Shown: positions 14,217 through 24,688 of the stretch, in pieces
How positions within the stretch are numbered: the stretch's first letter is position 1
How the letters are laid out: each line of letters begins with the position of its first letter
Notes under the pieces: model-generated
The model's input: only the letters and a program-made list of their open reading frames with translations
What the model was told of the DNA's origin: nothing
Database searches by the model: none
Position numbers and translations under genes: made by a program
Origin: Podarcis bocagei
Taxonomy: Eukaryota
DNA length: 64,000 nucleotides
Assembly (NCBI GenBank): GCA_964188305.1
Contig: OZ076892.1
Reading direction: 5' to 3' (one strand)

Positions 14217-14650
14217 AGGGCTGTAGCTCAGGGGCAGAGCAACTGTCCTGCATACAGACGTTCTCTGGTTCAATCCCCAGCATCTTCAGGTAGGGCTGGG
14301 AAAGACTCAGGGAGAGAGCCAGTGTGGTGAAGTGGTTAAGAGCGGTAGTCTCGTAATCTGGGGAACCGGGTTCGCGTCTCCGCTCCTCCACATGCAGCTG
14401 CTGGGTGACCTTGGGCTAGTCACACTTCTTTGAAGTCTCTCAGCCCCACTCACCTCACAGAGTGTTTGTTGTGGGGGAGGAAGGGAAAGGAGAATGTTAG
14501 CCGCTTTGAGACTCCTTCGGGTAGTGATAAAGCGGGATATCAAATCCAAACTCTTCTTCTTCTTCTTCCCTGTCTGAGTCACTGCCAGTCAATACTTATC
14601 TAAATGCACCAATGGTCTGGCTCACTTCCGGGCAGCTTCCTTTGTTCCCA
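14217..14650 (+). mobile_element. Old tRNA-Ala(TGC)-headed SINE, interrupted by a younger SINE
   Basis: gggctgtagctcag...tgca...ggttcaatcccc head; ggcagcttcct..gttcc tail; relatives at 14712-14868, 18283-18490(-), 33759-33960(-) and 41740-41900. Confidence 0.65.
14310..14568 (+). mobile_element. tRNA-derived SINE (Squam2/Anolis SINE2-like)
   Basis: Same family as 2916-3195; (TTC)n tail. Confidence 0.85.
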
Positions 14651-15430
14651 TCATACTTTTCTTCATTTAGACTCATGAGGACTAGGATCTTACTTTTTGG
14701 GGGGGTTGGAGATGAGTGGTAGAGCATCTGCCTTGCAAGCAGACGGTCCCAGGTTCAATCCCTAGTATCTATCCCCTGTCTGAAGCCCTGGAAACATGCT
14801 GCCAGTGAGTGTAGATAATACAGAGGAAGATAGACCAATGTTGTGATAAGGTAGCCTCCTATGTTCATAGGGGACTGGGGAAAGGGTATTGGGCCTGATC
14901 CTGATCCTCCCTCCATGCATTCAGTCTAAACAGTTTGGCCTGGACTTTTTCAGCAGTTTCAGGTGGAAGAGCGAACAGGCCCAGAGAAGACTGGATTACT
15001 CTTCCAGCGGCTGAGAGCAAATTTGAAAATTCTCAGGTGGTGGGGATGATTTGCCTTCAATGTCTGTCCCATTGTTGCTGCTGTTGTTACCACAACAACA
15101 ACAACAACAACCACATTGCCCCTGACTAGGAAATGTGATTCATTTCACATTTAACGGTGAATCTACCTGATTCACACTTTTCAAAACAATATGAGAACTG
15201 GAGAGCAGCCACCCCTGTGAAATTCACACTTCTCTGAATTTTGCAATGTAGTTCTCCAGCCAAGAGATGTATACAAAAATGCATAGGGTAAAATGTGCAT
15301 ATAAATGCCTTTATTAGTGAGAAGAATGTACAAGATGCATTCTATCAGGGAAAAACTTAATTAAGAAAAACTTGCCTTAATATGGAGATTAGGCATACAA
15401 ATTGCATACAAATATGTGTGCATATGAGGA

Positions 15431-15519
15431 GAATCATAGAATCACCAAGAATCACAGAATTATAGAATTGTAAGGGCCACATGGATCATTTAGTCCAATC
15501 CCCTGCAATACAGGAATAT
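15431..15519 (-). mobile_element. CR1-type 3' tail fragment
   Basis: Degenerate (TCATAGAA)n followed by tagtccaatcccctgcaatacaggaa. Confidence 0.7.
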
Positions 15520-15593
15520 TTCATCCATGCTGATAATTTTTCATGGGGAGGGATTGACCAAAAAAACCCCAAACTGTGGCAGGTGATGTGGAG

Positions 15594-17777
15594 GACTCAA
15601 TTTCTTGACTTTAAGAAAGCCGACTTCATAAAACTTAGGGAAGTGCTGGGTGAGATCCCATGGACAGCAATACTAAAAGGAAAGGGAGTTCATGATGGCT
15701 GGGAGTTTGTTAAGAGGGAGATAGTAAAAGCACAACGTCAGGCAATACCAATGAGACGGAAACATGGAAGGTGCCTAAAGAAGCCAGGGTGGCTATCTAA
15801 AGAACTTTTAACTGAATTAAGATTAAAAAAGGATGTGTACAAAAAATGGAAAAGGGGGGAAACCACCAAAGAGGAATTCAAACAAATAGCCAGCACGTGT
15901 AGACACAAAGTCAGAAAAGCTAAAGCACAGAATGAACTCAGGCTTGCTAGAGAGGTTAAAAGCAACAAAAAAGGCTTTTATGGGTATCTTCGTAGCAAAA
16001 GGAAGAACAAAGAAACAGTGGGGTCACTCAGAGGAGAAGATGGTGAAATGCAAACAGGGGACACAGAAAGGGCTGAACTCCTCAATGCCTTCTTTGCCTC
16101 AGTCTTCTCCGATAAAGAAAACAATGCCCGACCTGAAGAATTTGGAGCAAATGATTCACCAAACAAACACAGCCCAGAATAACTAAGGAGACAGTACAAG
16201 AATATTTGGCTAGTTTAGATGTATTCAAGTCTCCAGGGCCAGATGAACTGCATCCAAGAGTATTAAAAGAACTGGCAAATGTGATCTCAGAACCACTGGC
16301 AGTCATCTTCGAGAAATCCTGGAGAACAGGCGAAGTCCCGGCAGACTGGAGGAGGGCAAATGTTGTCCCTATTTTCAAAAAGGGGAAAAGAGAGGACCCA
16401 AATAATTACCGCCCAATCAGTCTGACATCAATAGCAGGGAAGATTCTGGAGCAGATCATTAAGCAAACAGTCTGTGAGCACCTAGAAAGGAATGCTGTGA
16501 TCACCAATAGTCAGCATGGATTTCTGAAAAATAAGTCATGTCAGACTAACCTGATCTCATTTTTTGACAGAATTACAAGCCTGGTAGATGAAGGGAACTC
16601 AGTGGATATAGCCTACCTTGATTTCAGTAAGGCATTTGACAAGGTGCCCCATGATATTCTTGTAAAGAAGCTGGTAAAATGCGGTCTTGACTCTGCTACC
16701 ACTCAGTGGATTTGTAACTGGCTGACTGACCGAACCCAAAGGGTGCTCATCAATGGTTCCTCTTCATCCTGGAGAAGAGTGACTAGTGGGGTGCCACAGG
16801 GTTCTGTCTTGGGCCCGGTCTTATTTAACATCTTTATCAACGACTTGGATGATGGACTCAAGGGCATCCTGATCAAATTTGCAGATGACACCAAACTGGG
16901 AGGGGTGGCTAACACCCCAGAGGACAGGATCACACTTCAAAACGACCTTGACAGATTAGAGAACTGGGCAAAAACAAACAAAATGAATTTTAACAGGGAG
17001 AAATGTAAAGTATTGCACTTGGGCAAAAAAAATGAGAGGCACAAATACAAGATGGGTGACACCTGGCTTGAGAGCAGTACATGTGAAAAGGATCTAGGAG
17101 TCTTGGTTGACCACAAACTTGACATGAGCCAACAGTGTGACGCGGCAGCTAAAAAAGCCAATGCAATTCTGGGCTGCATCAATAGGAGTATAGCATCTAG
17201 ATCAAGGGAAGTAATAGTGCCACTGTATTCTGCTCTGGTCAGACCACACCTGGAGTACTGTGTCCAGTTCTGGGCACCACAATTCAAGAAGGACACTGAC
17301 AAACTGGAACGTGTCCAGAGGAGGGCAACCAAAATGGTCAAAGGCCTGGAAACGATGCCTTATGAGGAACGGCTAAGGGAGCTGGGCATGTTTAGCCTGG
17401 AGAAGAGGAGGTTAAGGGGTGATATGATAGCCATGTTCAAATATATAAAAGGATGTCACATAGAGGAGGGAGAAAGGTTGTTTTCTGCTGCTCCAGAGAA
17501 GCGGACACGGAGCAATGGATCCAAACTACAAGAAAGAAGATTCCACCTAAACATTAGGAAGAACTTCCTGACAGTAAGAGCTGTTCGACAGTGGAATTTG
17601 CTGCCAAGGAGTGTGGTGGAGTCTCCTACTTTGGAGGTCTTTAAGCAGAGGCTTGACAACCATATGTCAGGAGTGCTCTGATGGTGTTTCCTGCTTGGCA
17701 GGGGGTTGGACTCGATGGCCCTTGTGGTCTCTTCCAACTCTATGATTCTATGATTCTATGATTCTATGATTCTATGA
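15594..17777 (+). mobile_element. CR1 LINE, 5'-truncated, young
   Basis: ORF2 motifs ([36 protein letters not shown]), 3' UTR and (TTCTATGA)n tail; one frameshift near 16160; inserted in a hAT MITE. Confidence 0.97.
16206..17681 (+). CDS. CR1 ORF2 reverse transcriptase domain (partial; no APE endonuclease; upstream part in another frame at about 15595-16160)
   Basis: 491-aa open frame with the non-LTR RT motifs [23 protein letters not shown] and LGV. Confidence 0.9.
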   Translation: MASLDVFKSPGPDELHPRVLKELANVISEPLAVIFEKSWRTGEVPADWRRANVVPIFKKGKREDPNNYRPISLTSIAGKILEQIIKQTVCEHLERNAVITNSQHGFLKNKSCQTNLISFFDRITSLVDEGNSVDIAYLDFSKAFDKVPHDILVKKLVKCGLDSATTQWICNWLTDRTQRVLINGSSSSWRRVTSGVPQGSVLGPVLFNIFINDLDDGLKGILIKFADDTKLGGVANTPEDRITLQNDLDRLENWAKTNKMNFNREKCKVLHLGKKNERHKYKMGDTWLESSTCEKDLGVLVDHKLDMSQQCDAAAKKANAILGCINRSIASRSREVIVPLYSALVRPHLEYCVQFWAPQFKKDTDKLERVQRRATKMVKGLETMPYEERLRELGMFSLEKRRLRGDMIAMFKYIKGCHIEEGERLFSAAPEKRTRSNGSKLQERRFHLNIRKNFLTVRAVRQWNLLPRSVVESPTLEVFKQRLDNHMSGVL

Positions 17778-18860
17778 GAGCTGAACTTGATTGGAAAAAT
17801 GGGAAACTGAGTGGAACTGAAAAATTGACAGATTCACCCATCCGTACCACTGCTTAAAGCCACGGCTTGGCTGTCCACAGAAGCTCAGCAGGGTTCCTCT
17901 GAAATTTGGAATAGAAAGCTCCATTGGGACCATGATGGATCTCAGGAGTTTCTGACAGGTGGCAAAGCTGTTTTCATGTGCAAAAAACGAAAAGGAGAAG
18001 GCCTCAGCCACCTTGTCTTTGAAGAAGAAGCCCACTGGCAAAATTAGCTTTTTGAATCAATTTGCCTCCCCTAACTTTTTGAGGAGACAAATGGACCTAC
18101 GGAATGGGGAGGGAGGAGAGTATATTCAGCCCAGCTTTAGCAGCAACTCAGCCCCTACTGCCTATGAGAGTGGGAAGAAAAAGCTATCAGGGAGATCAAA
18201 CCACTTACAGATGGATTCGCAACTACAGGACAGCTCTCTTTATTGACCCAGAACGGACTGACCCAGAGGTTCATCATCATGGAACATAAGAATCTGCCTT
18301 ATACTGAGTCAGAACATTTATCCGCCCACACAGTACTATGCACTCTGACTCTTATGTTGCTCTCTAGGGTTTCAGGTGGAGAGAGGTGTTTCCTATCACC
18401 TGACCCTTTTAGCTGGAGATACCAGGAACCAGATACCAGGAACCTAGGACTTTCTGCTTGCTAAGTGCTGTGCCACTGAGCTGTGATCCTGGAGAGGGAT
18501 AGACAGTGAGGATCACATTGCAGGAGTGTAGGAAGCCACCTTAAACAACATCAGTTTGTATATCTAGCCCTGGTCATGACAATGCTTTACAGTCAGATAA
18601 AGGACTTTCCCGTCAGCTGCTACTTGATACTTTCTTAACTGGCAATGCTGAGGAATGAACCTTGGGCCTTCTGTATTCAAAGCAGGTGTCCTCCCTCTCC
18701 CTCTGCTGAAGCTAAGCAGGACTGGCCCTACTAGCTGCCTGGATGGGAGACCAAGTGAGAGCCATTTCCACCTACTCAGGTTAAAAAGCTATTCTTGTCA
18801 CTCCAATGAAAGGGACACAGTCTTGTCCGCAGTCCAAGCAGTAAAGGTTTGTCTGCAAGG

Positions 18861-19415
18861 TGTCGGGGCTGGTTCAGTCGACGGTCAGCACAGAGACTCA
18901 GAGATGAGTGGTAAAGCTGTTTCTTTATTCAAGAAAACAGAATACAAACAGACAAACCTATTGGCAAGACTGGCTCCTGATAAAGCAGTTACCAAAATGG
19001 ACTATCAGTGCCTCCCACTTCCACCTAAGTCTTCTTTCCGGCTGCTTGTCTTCTCAACCATCTTAAACTCCACTGGTGAGGGCCCCCACAGCACTCTCGG
19101 TACAAAGCTCTCTGTGCCCTTGGAGACAAGGGAGGAGGAGAGCTGAATACAATAGGACCGGCAGGCTCCTGTGAATCTGTAGCAGCCTCAATGCTCACCT
19201 TCTCCTCAACTGCCTGTCCTGCATCTGCCATGCTTTCTGACTTTTTTCCCTCTCTCCCACTCAAGGCTTTTGCTTGCTCAGCAACCAACCATCCTCTGAC
19301 CTGTCTTCTGTGTCCCACCACCACTCCCCTGACTTCCTTTTCTGAGGCTTCCCTAGCCTAGGGGGTTCTGGCTGGAGCCTCCCACAATTCCTCATCATCA
19401 AGCCAGTCCCTGATA
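18861..19415 (-). mobile_element. Solo-LTR-like element
   Basis: Same family as 2519-3316; terminal inverted TGTCGGG...CCCTGATA; AATAAA on the minus strand. Confidence 0.65.
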
Positions 19416-19757
19416 TCAGGATTAATGGGGCAGTGCCCCATCAAACTCAGTCTGCCTTCAGACAGCCCCCATCTTCCAGCCTTCTTACTTAAAATCAGAC
19501 AGCTTCCTCCTCCTCTTTAGTCTCAATTTTCCACTTATAGCATTCAGCAGGGAAGGGGATGATAATGTTGTTGTTGTTGTTGTCACATTTTTGCACACAT
19601 GTGCCTCAAAGTGATTTACATAGTAAACTAAAAGATCAGATTCCCAGATAAAAACAGCAATACCCAAAAACTAAAAGGCTCACTCAACAATATTTTTGAA
19701 AGGGGCAAGTCCTACTCATGCCACTTAAAAGACGGGGGGGTGTCAGTTGGCTCTGCC

Positions 19758-20090
19758 ATTCCTCTGGCTCTGGCTTGCAACAGACTTTTAAAGAAGCAGT
19801 TTTTCCATCGAGCTCTAAAAGTGATGAAGATGAAGCCAGACAAGGATGCAAAGAAAGAAAAGGAAAAAGAGAAAGGAAAGATTGAAAGTGGAAAAGAAGA
19901 TGAGAAAAAGAGCAAAAAAGATGGAGGAAAGGAAGAAAAAGCTAAAAAGGAGAAAGAGAAGGAAAAGAAGAAGGATGGTGAGAAAGAAGGCAGCAAAAAG
20001 GATGAGACTCCTGGCACACCTAAGAAGGAGACAAAGAGAAAATTCAAACTTGAACCTCATGAAGATCAGGTATTCCTCTGGCTCTGGCTT
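19758..20090 (+). repeat. 19-bp target-site duplication around the SEC62 fragment (19758-19776 and 20072-20090)
   Basis: Identical ATTCCTCTGGCTCTGGCTT on both sides. Confidence 0.95.
19777..20071 (+). pseudogene. SEC62: Processed internal fragment of SEC62 mRNA (tailless retrocopy)
   Basis: Translates CNRLLKKQFFHRALKVMKMK...KKDGEKEGSKKDETPGTPKKETKRKFKLEPHEDQVFL, recognisable as vertebrate Sec62; no introns; flanked by the 19-bp direct repeat ATTCCTCTGGCTCTGGCTT. Confidence 0.92.
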
Positions 20091-20664
20091 CACCTACTGT
20101 TTCACCCCACCAGTCCTGGTGGGCACCAGTCACCAATGACACCAGCCAACAGATATGTCAGAGTTTCATTGGGGAAGGTGGCAGGAATACAATGGTTTGA
20201 TGCACTATACGTCACCATCTCCCAAAGCTGGTGCTTGGGAGAAGTCAGTGAGGCCAACGTAGATGTCAGCCCTGGGACAAAGTTAGTGAGTAGAAAAGAG
20301 AAATGACAATGTACAGCAAGGATCAATCATATGCATCAAAAACAGTAATCTATTACCTGCAGCGTTCACCAAGTCAGATGAAACTGGAAAACTGACGGGG
20401 ATGAGGGAGAGAGAAATGGCAAATTTTTTTTTGCTTAGCCCATAATTAGTCATTAAGCATCCTCTGCTGCACATTAATCTCACAGACAGCCACAGATGCA
20501 GCTTCTATGCCACTGACTAATTTTCCATTCACTGGATAGAGGTTCCTTTCTCCCGTGTTAAAGGCCCCCAGCAATGCCATTTCCACGGTGGGCCTTGGAA
20601 TTACTCAACGTATGAACTGAAGATCTAAAATTTCTGGGTCTTCATTTCACACACAAATTAGAAC

Positions 20665-20699
<35 letters not shown>

Positions 20700-22332
20700 A
20701 ATGTCATTACAAGGCACTATGAAATTCATCTTGATAAAATTTGGCCGCACTGGATCTCTGCTTCGGGGCATAATTAGAATGTTTCAATAAAACTTCTGCA
20801 TCTGACGCTTATTAACGCTCTTGCATCCCACTGCTTCAATCTGATTCAGAATAACAGCTTTTCAGCAAGAGCTAGCTTGATTTATCACCTAGGCACTGGA
20901 ACTCTCTTATGAATTGGAAAAAAACAGATAATAATTCTCAATTCCTCTGTGTCCAAACTAGCATTCATAATCTTCCAGCTATTGATGGGCTGCAACATTT
21001 TTTTAAAAAAAATAGAAAAAGTTTTAAAATAAAATACACATAACAAAACCAAAATCTGTAGCAACATCAAAGGGGGAGAGGAGGAAGAGTGGTAAATAAA
21101 ACAGCAATGGACAAAATACACACTCGGAAAGGCACAAGATAAAGCAACGGCAAGTATTCAAGAGAGAACAAGGTAATCCAACTATCATCAATCGAAGGCA
21201 AGGTCGGTTTGGTGAGAGGAATGACTCCTCCCCACTGAAGGCTTCAGCAAAAGGCTTCAGCAGACCCTTCCTGTTCCTTCCAATAGGAGATTAGCGATTA
21301 TGAGAAATGAATTGTTTGTAGTTTGTAGCTCATAAACGATCTTGCGTTTGGCGTTTAGTACTTAGCCCAACCCCACTTCATGCAGCCCACAATTTTAAGG
21401 GAGGGCAACAACATACAAGGACATAAAACAATAAATTAAAACAATTAACTGGAGCACTAAGAGAATTTAATTTAACACAGTAAAACAAAAAAATTTAAAA
21501 CAGACACTAAAAATTGGTTATAAGTAACTTGCCTCAGGTGCAACCTCAGGTGTGCCAGCCTCTCGGTGGCCATCTTTCTAGGTGTCATCCGTCATTCTCA
21601 ATACTTGATCAGAAATGCTGTTTGCCCATGAAAAGTTGAGTTCTTACTTTCATATGGAGGGGACAATTGATGGGTTTTCACTCTGGACTCTATTTTTGCA
21701 TTGACTGTACCGTATCTTTACAATGGAAAACTGCACTTGTTGCAACTCATTGGTTTTAAAACTTGTTCTCCGCAGGGGACATGGTTTGCACCGGAAATGA
21801 GGGAGTCCCTGGCCAACATCAAGGGGTAACTCCCCCACTGGATTGCACCTGGGGAAGTTCTGTTGCCCCCTCACCCTCGCACGGGCACCTCTGGATCTCT
21901 TTAACAAGATACCCCACTTTGGAGGGGCCAGGGAGAGGCTGCTGTCTCCCCTCCGACCAAGACTATGCCTATCCAATGCCTAAGCTGCCAAAGTTGTGAC
22001 GACTGCTGTGAGGATGGCGAAAACTAGAGGGCTGAAGCCAATTTGCCAACTGGGAAAATTCCAAACTGGCCTTGAATACGGCATTGGACTATGGCATAGC
22101 AAGACTGAGCAGATCAACACGCGACAGCAATATATAAATGGAGGGAGATCCAACGGAAAGTGGCTGCAGTGCAAGTCATGACCCTTTGATACATACAGGA
22201 GGGGGTGAGCTCAGCCCGCCCCTTAGTGGCCCATGCCCACTCACGATTTGCCAATTAGGCAAGTTAAACTTTGCACTGTATGTTATGAATGTCATCAAAT
22301 AGCTGCCCCTGAGCTCTGATGCTACTATTAGG

Positions 22333-22335
<3 letters not shown>

Positions 22336-22373
<38 letters not shown>
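22336..22373. repeat. (TA)n microsatellite, left flank of the Penelope insertion
   Basis: Direct reading; matching (AT)n at 24743-24766. Confidence 0.97.
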
Positions 22374-22375
<2 letters not shown>

Positions 22376-23557
22376 TTTCGTAGATTTTCACGGGTACAGG
22401 AATGCAGGTTTTGGTGTCTTCGGGTGTCTTCCCGTGTAAGAGTTGGGGTGTCTAGGCGACGTTTCGACGAGGTCTCACTCGTCATCTTCAGGCTGGTGCT
22501 TTCGGCTTCTTGTTACTGGAACAGAGCAGGATCTCAGTGTTTGAGTTCCTATAAATACTGTTGAGGGGGTGTGGTGTATAGCCTCCAACGTTCTGGGCAG
22601 AGAGGAAGTTCCCAGGTTAGTGTGTCTTTTCTTCTTTTGTTCATTAATTACTTGAGGGATATCTTGAGTGATTTCTTGAGTGATATTCTGAGTACCACTT
22701 AGGAGGGTCATTAGGTGTGGATTAGTTGCTAAAGCTTTCGTGTCTTGACCTCTTGAGCTTGTAAAGAGTTTTTTCTGAGAAGATGGCTGTACTTCACTTA
22801 GTTGTGCTCTGGCTTGGCTTCGTGTATAGGGGCGAGCTGTGGTTTTGTGCCCTGTGCCAGCCAGATCTGTGTAAGGATTGCAGGGGGGTGCAGCATCCGG
22901 AGGTGCCACTATGGTTTGGCTACTGGATGGTGTCTGTAATTTATCTGTGGAGAGGGTCTGGGTTTGGGTCTGGTGTGGTTGATTGGAGATGGCGTTCTGT
23001 GTGCCTCTGGTTCTGGTGTCGGTTTTTGTGGGGAGGGCTATTTTCCAGATGTCTGGCAGGCGGGACGTATCGTCACGCTTGTTCATGTTGTGAGGGTGTT
23101 TCTCTATCTCGATGGCTTCCATGATTATTCTCTTGTGGTGGTGTTCCGTGTTAAAGAGCAATTTGGAATCTGAAAAATTAATTTCGTGTCCTGTTTCTTT
23201 CATGTGTTGGTAAAGAGAGGAAGTTTTTTCTTCTTTTTTGACGGCATTCTTGTGTTCTGCGATACGTGCATTTATTCGTCTGTTTGTTTGTCCAATGTAC
23301 GTGGCTGGGCAGACTTTGCAGGGTATTTCATAGACCCCTTGGTTTTCTAACTGGATTTTATCTTTGGGGTTTCTGAGGATATTGGCTATTTTTTGGTTGG
23401 TGCAAAAGGCTGTTTTGATATTGTGTTTGTGGAGGATTTTGCTAATTTTATCTGTAGTGCCCTTGATATAAGGAAGGAGGGCCATGCCATTGTTTTCTTC
23501 TGTGTCTTGGTTTTTGGGGGGTGTTTCTTTTTGGATTAGCTTCGTAACCCTGTTTTG
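22374..23557 (-). mobile_element. Penelope-like element, 5'-truncated, left (inverted) arm
   Basis: Reverse complement of 23589-24744, plus about 29 extra 3' bases; GIY-YIG ORF at 22475-23485. Confidence 0.95.
22458..22491 (-). ncRNA. Minimal hammerhead ribozyme, mirror copy
   Basis: Exact reverse complement of 24655-24688. Confidence 0.8.
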
Positions 23558-23579
23558 TTACGAAGCTAATCCCTGTTTT

Positions 23580-24671
23580 GGATACCAGCAAAACAGGGTT
23601 ACGAAGCTAATCCAAAAAGAAACACCCCCCAAAAACCAAGACACAGAAGAAAACAATGGCATGGCCCTCCTTCCTTATATCAAGGGCACTACAGATAAAA
23701 TTAGCAAAATCCTCCACAAACACAATATCAAAACAGCCTTTTGCACCAACCAAAAAATAGCCAATATCCTCAGAAACCCCAAAGATAAAATCCAGTTAGA
23801 AAACCAAGGGGTCTATGAAATACCCTGCAAAGTCTGCCCAGCCACGTACATTGGACAAACAAACAGACGAATAAATGCACGTATCGCAGAACACAAGAAT
23901 GCCGTCAAAAAAGAAGAAAAAACTTCCTCTCTTTACCAACACATGAAAGAAACAGGACACGAAATTAATTTTTCAGATTCCAAATTGCTCTTTAACACGG
24001 AACACCACCACAAGAGAATAATCATGGAAGCCATCGAGATAGAGAAACACCCTCACAACATGAACAAGCGTGACGATACGTCCCGCCTGCCAGACATCTG
24101 GAAAATAGCCCTCCCCACAAAAACCGACACCAGAACCAGAGGCACACAGAACGCCATCTCCAATCAACCACACCAGACCCAAACCCAGACCCTCTCCACA
24201 GATAAATTACAGACACCATCCAGTAGCCAAACCATAGTGGCACCTCCGGATGCTGCACCCCCCTGCAATCCTTACACAGATCTGGCTGGCACAGGGCACA
24301 AAACCACAGCTCGCCCCTATACACGAAGCCAAGCCAGAGCACAACTAAGTGAAGTACAGCCATCTTCTCAGAAAAAACTCTTTACAAGCTCAAGAGGTCA
24401 AGACACGAAAGCTTTAGCAACTAATCCACACCTAATGACCCTCCTAAGTGGTACTCAGAATATCACTCAAGAAATCACTCAAGATATCCCTCAAGTAATT
24501 AATGAACAAAAGAAGAAAAGACACACTAACCTGGGAACTTCCTCTCTGCCCAGAACGTTGGAGGCTATACACCACACCCCCTCAACAGTATTTATAGGAA
24601 CTCAAACACTGAGATCCTGCTCTGTTCCAGTAACAAGAAGCCGAAAGCACCAGCCTGAAGATGACGAGTGA
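23580..24671 (+). CDS. Penelope ORF 3' part: linker, GIY-YIG endonuclease and low-complexity extension (no RT core)
   Basis: GVYEIPCKVCPATYIGQTNRRINARIAEH...HMKETGH...EAIEIEKH..NMNKRDD; identical translation on the minus strand at 22475-23485. Confidence 0.85.
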   Translation, partial: GYQQNRVTKLIQKETPPKNQDTEENNGMALLPYIKGTTDKISKILHKHNIKTAFCTNQKIANILRNPKDKIQLENQGVYEIPCKVCPATYIGQTNRRINARIAEHKNAVKKEEKTSSLYQHMKETGHEINFSDSKLLFNTEHHHKRIIMEAIEIEKHPHNMNKRDDTSRLPDIWKIALPTKTDTRTRGTQNAISNQPHQTQTQTLSTDKLQTPSSSQTIVAPPDAAPPCNPYTDLAGTGHKTTARPYTRSQARAQLSEVQPSSQKKLFTSSRGQDTKALATNPHLMTLLSGTQNITQEITQDIPQVINEQKKKRHTNLGTSSLPRTLEAIHHTPSTVFIGTQTLRSCSVPVTRSRKHQPEDDE

Positions 24672-24688
24672 GACCTCGTCGAAACGTC
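24655..24688 (+). ncRNA. Minimal type I hammerhead ribozyme of the Penelope pLTR
   Basis: CTGAAGA-T-[GACGAG tgagac CTCGTC stem II]-GAAA-C-GTC (GUC cleavage triplet; ACGT palindrome for a dimeric stem III); stem I very short. Confidence 0.8.

Noticed and set aside
15481-15593. N-terminus of the 233-aa ORF
   Set aside because: Derived from flanking repeat sequence upstream of the CR1 truncation point
19740-20306. Functional SEC62 gene or exon
   Set aside because: Similarity starts and stops exactly at the 19-bp duplication, and no other SEC62 exons (N-terminus, TM segments) were seen in the window
23484-23579. N-terminal hydrophobic part of the 395-aa ORF as a signal or TM segment
   Set aside because: It is the antisense of the left arm plus the spacer, read through the palindrome centre
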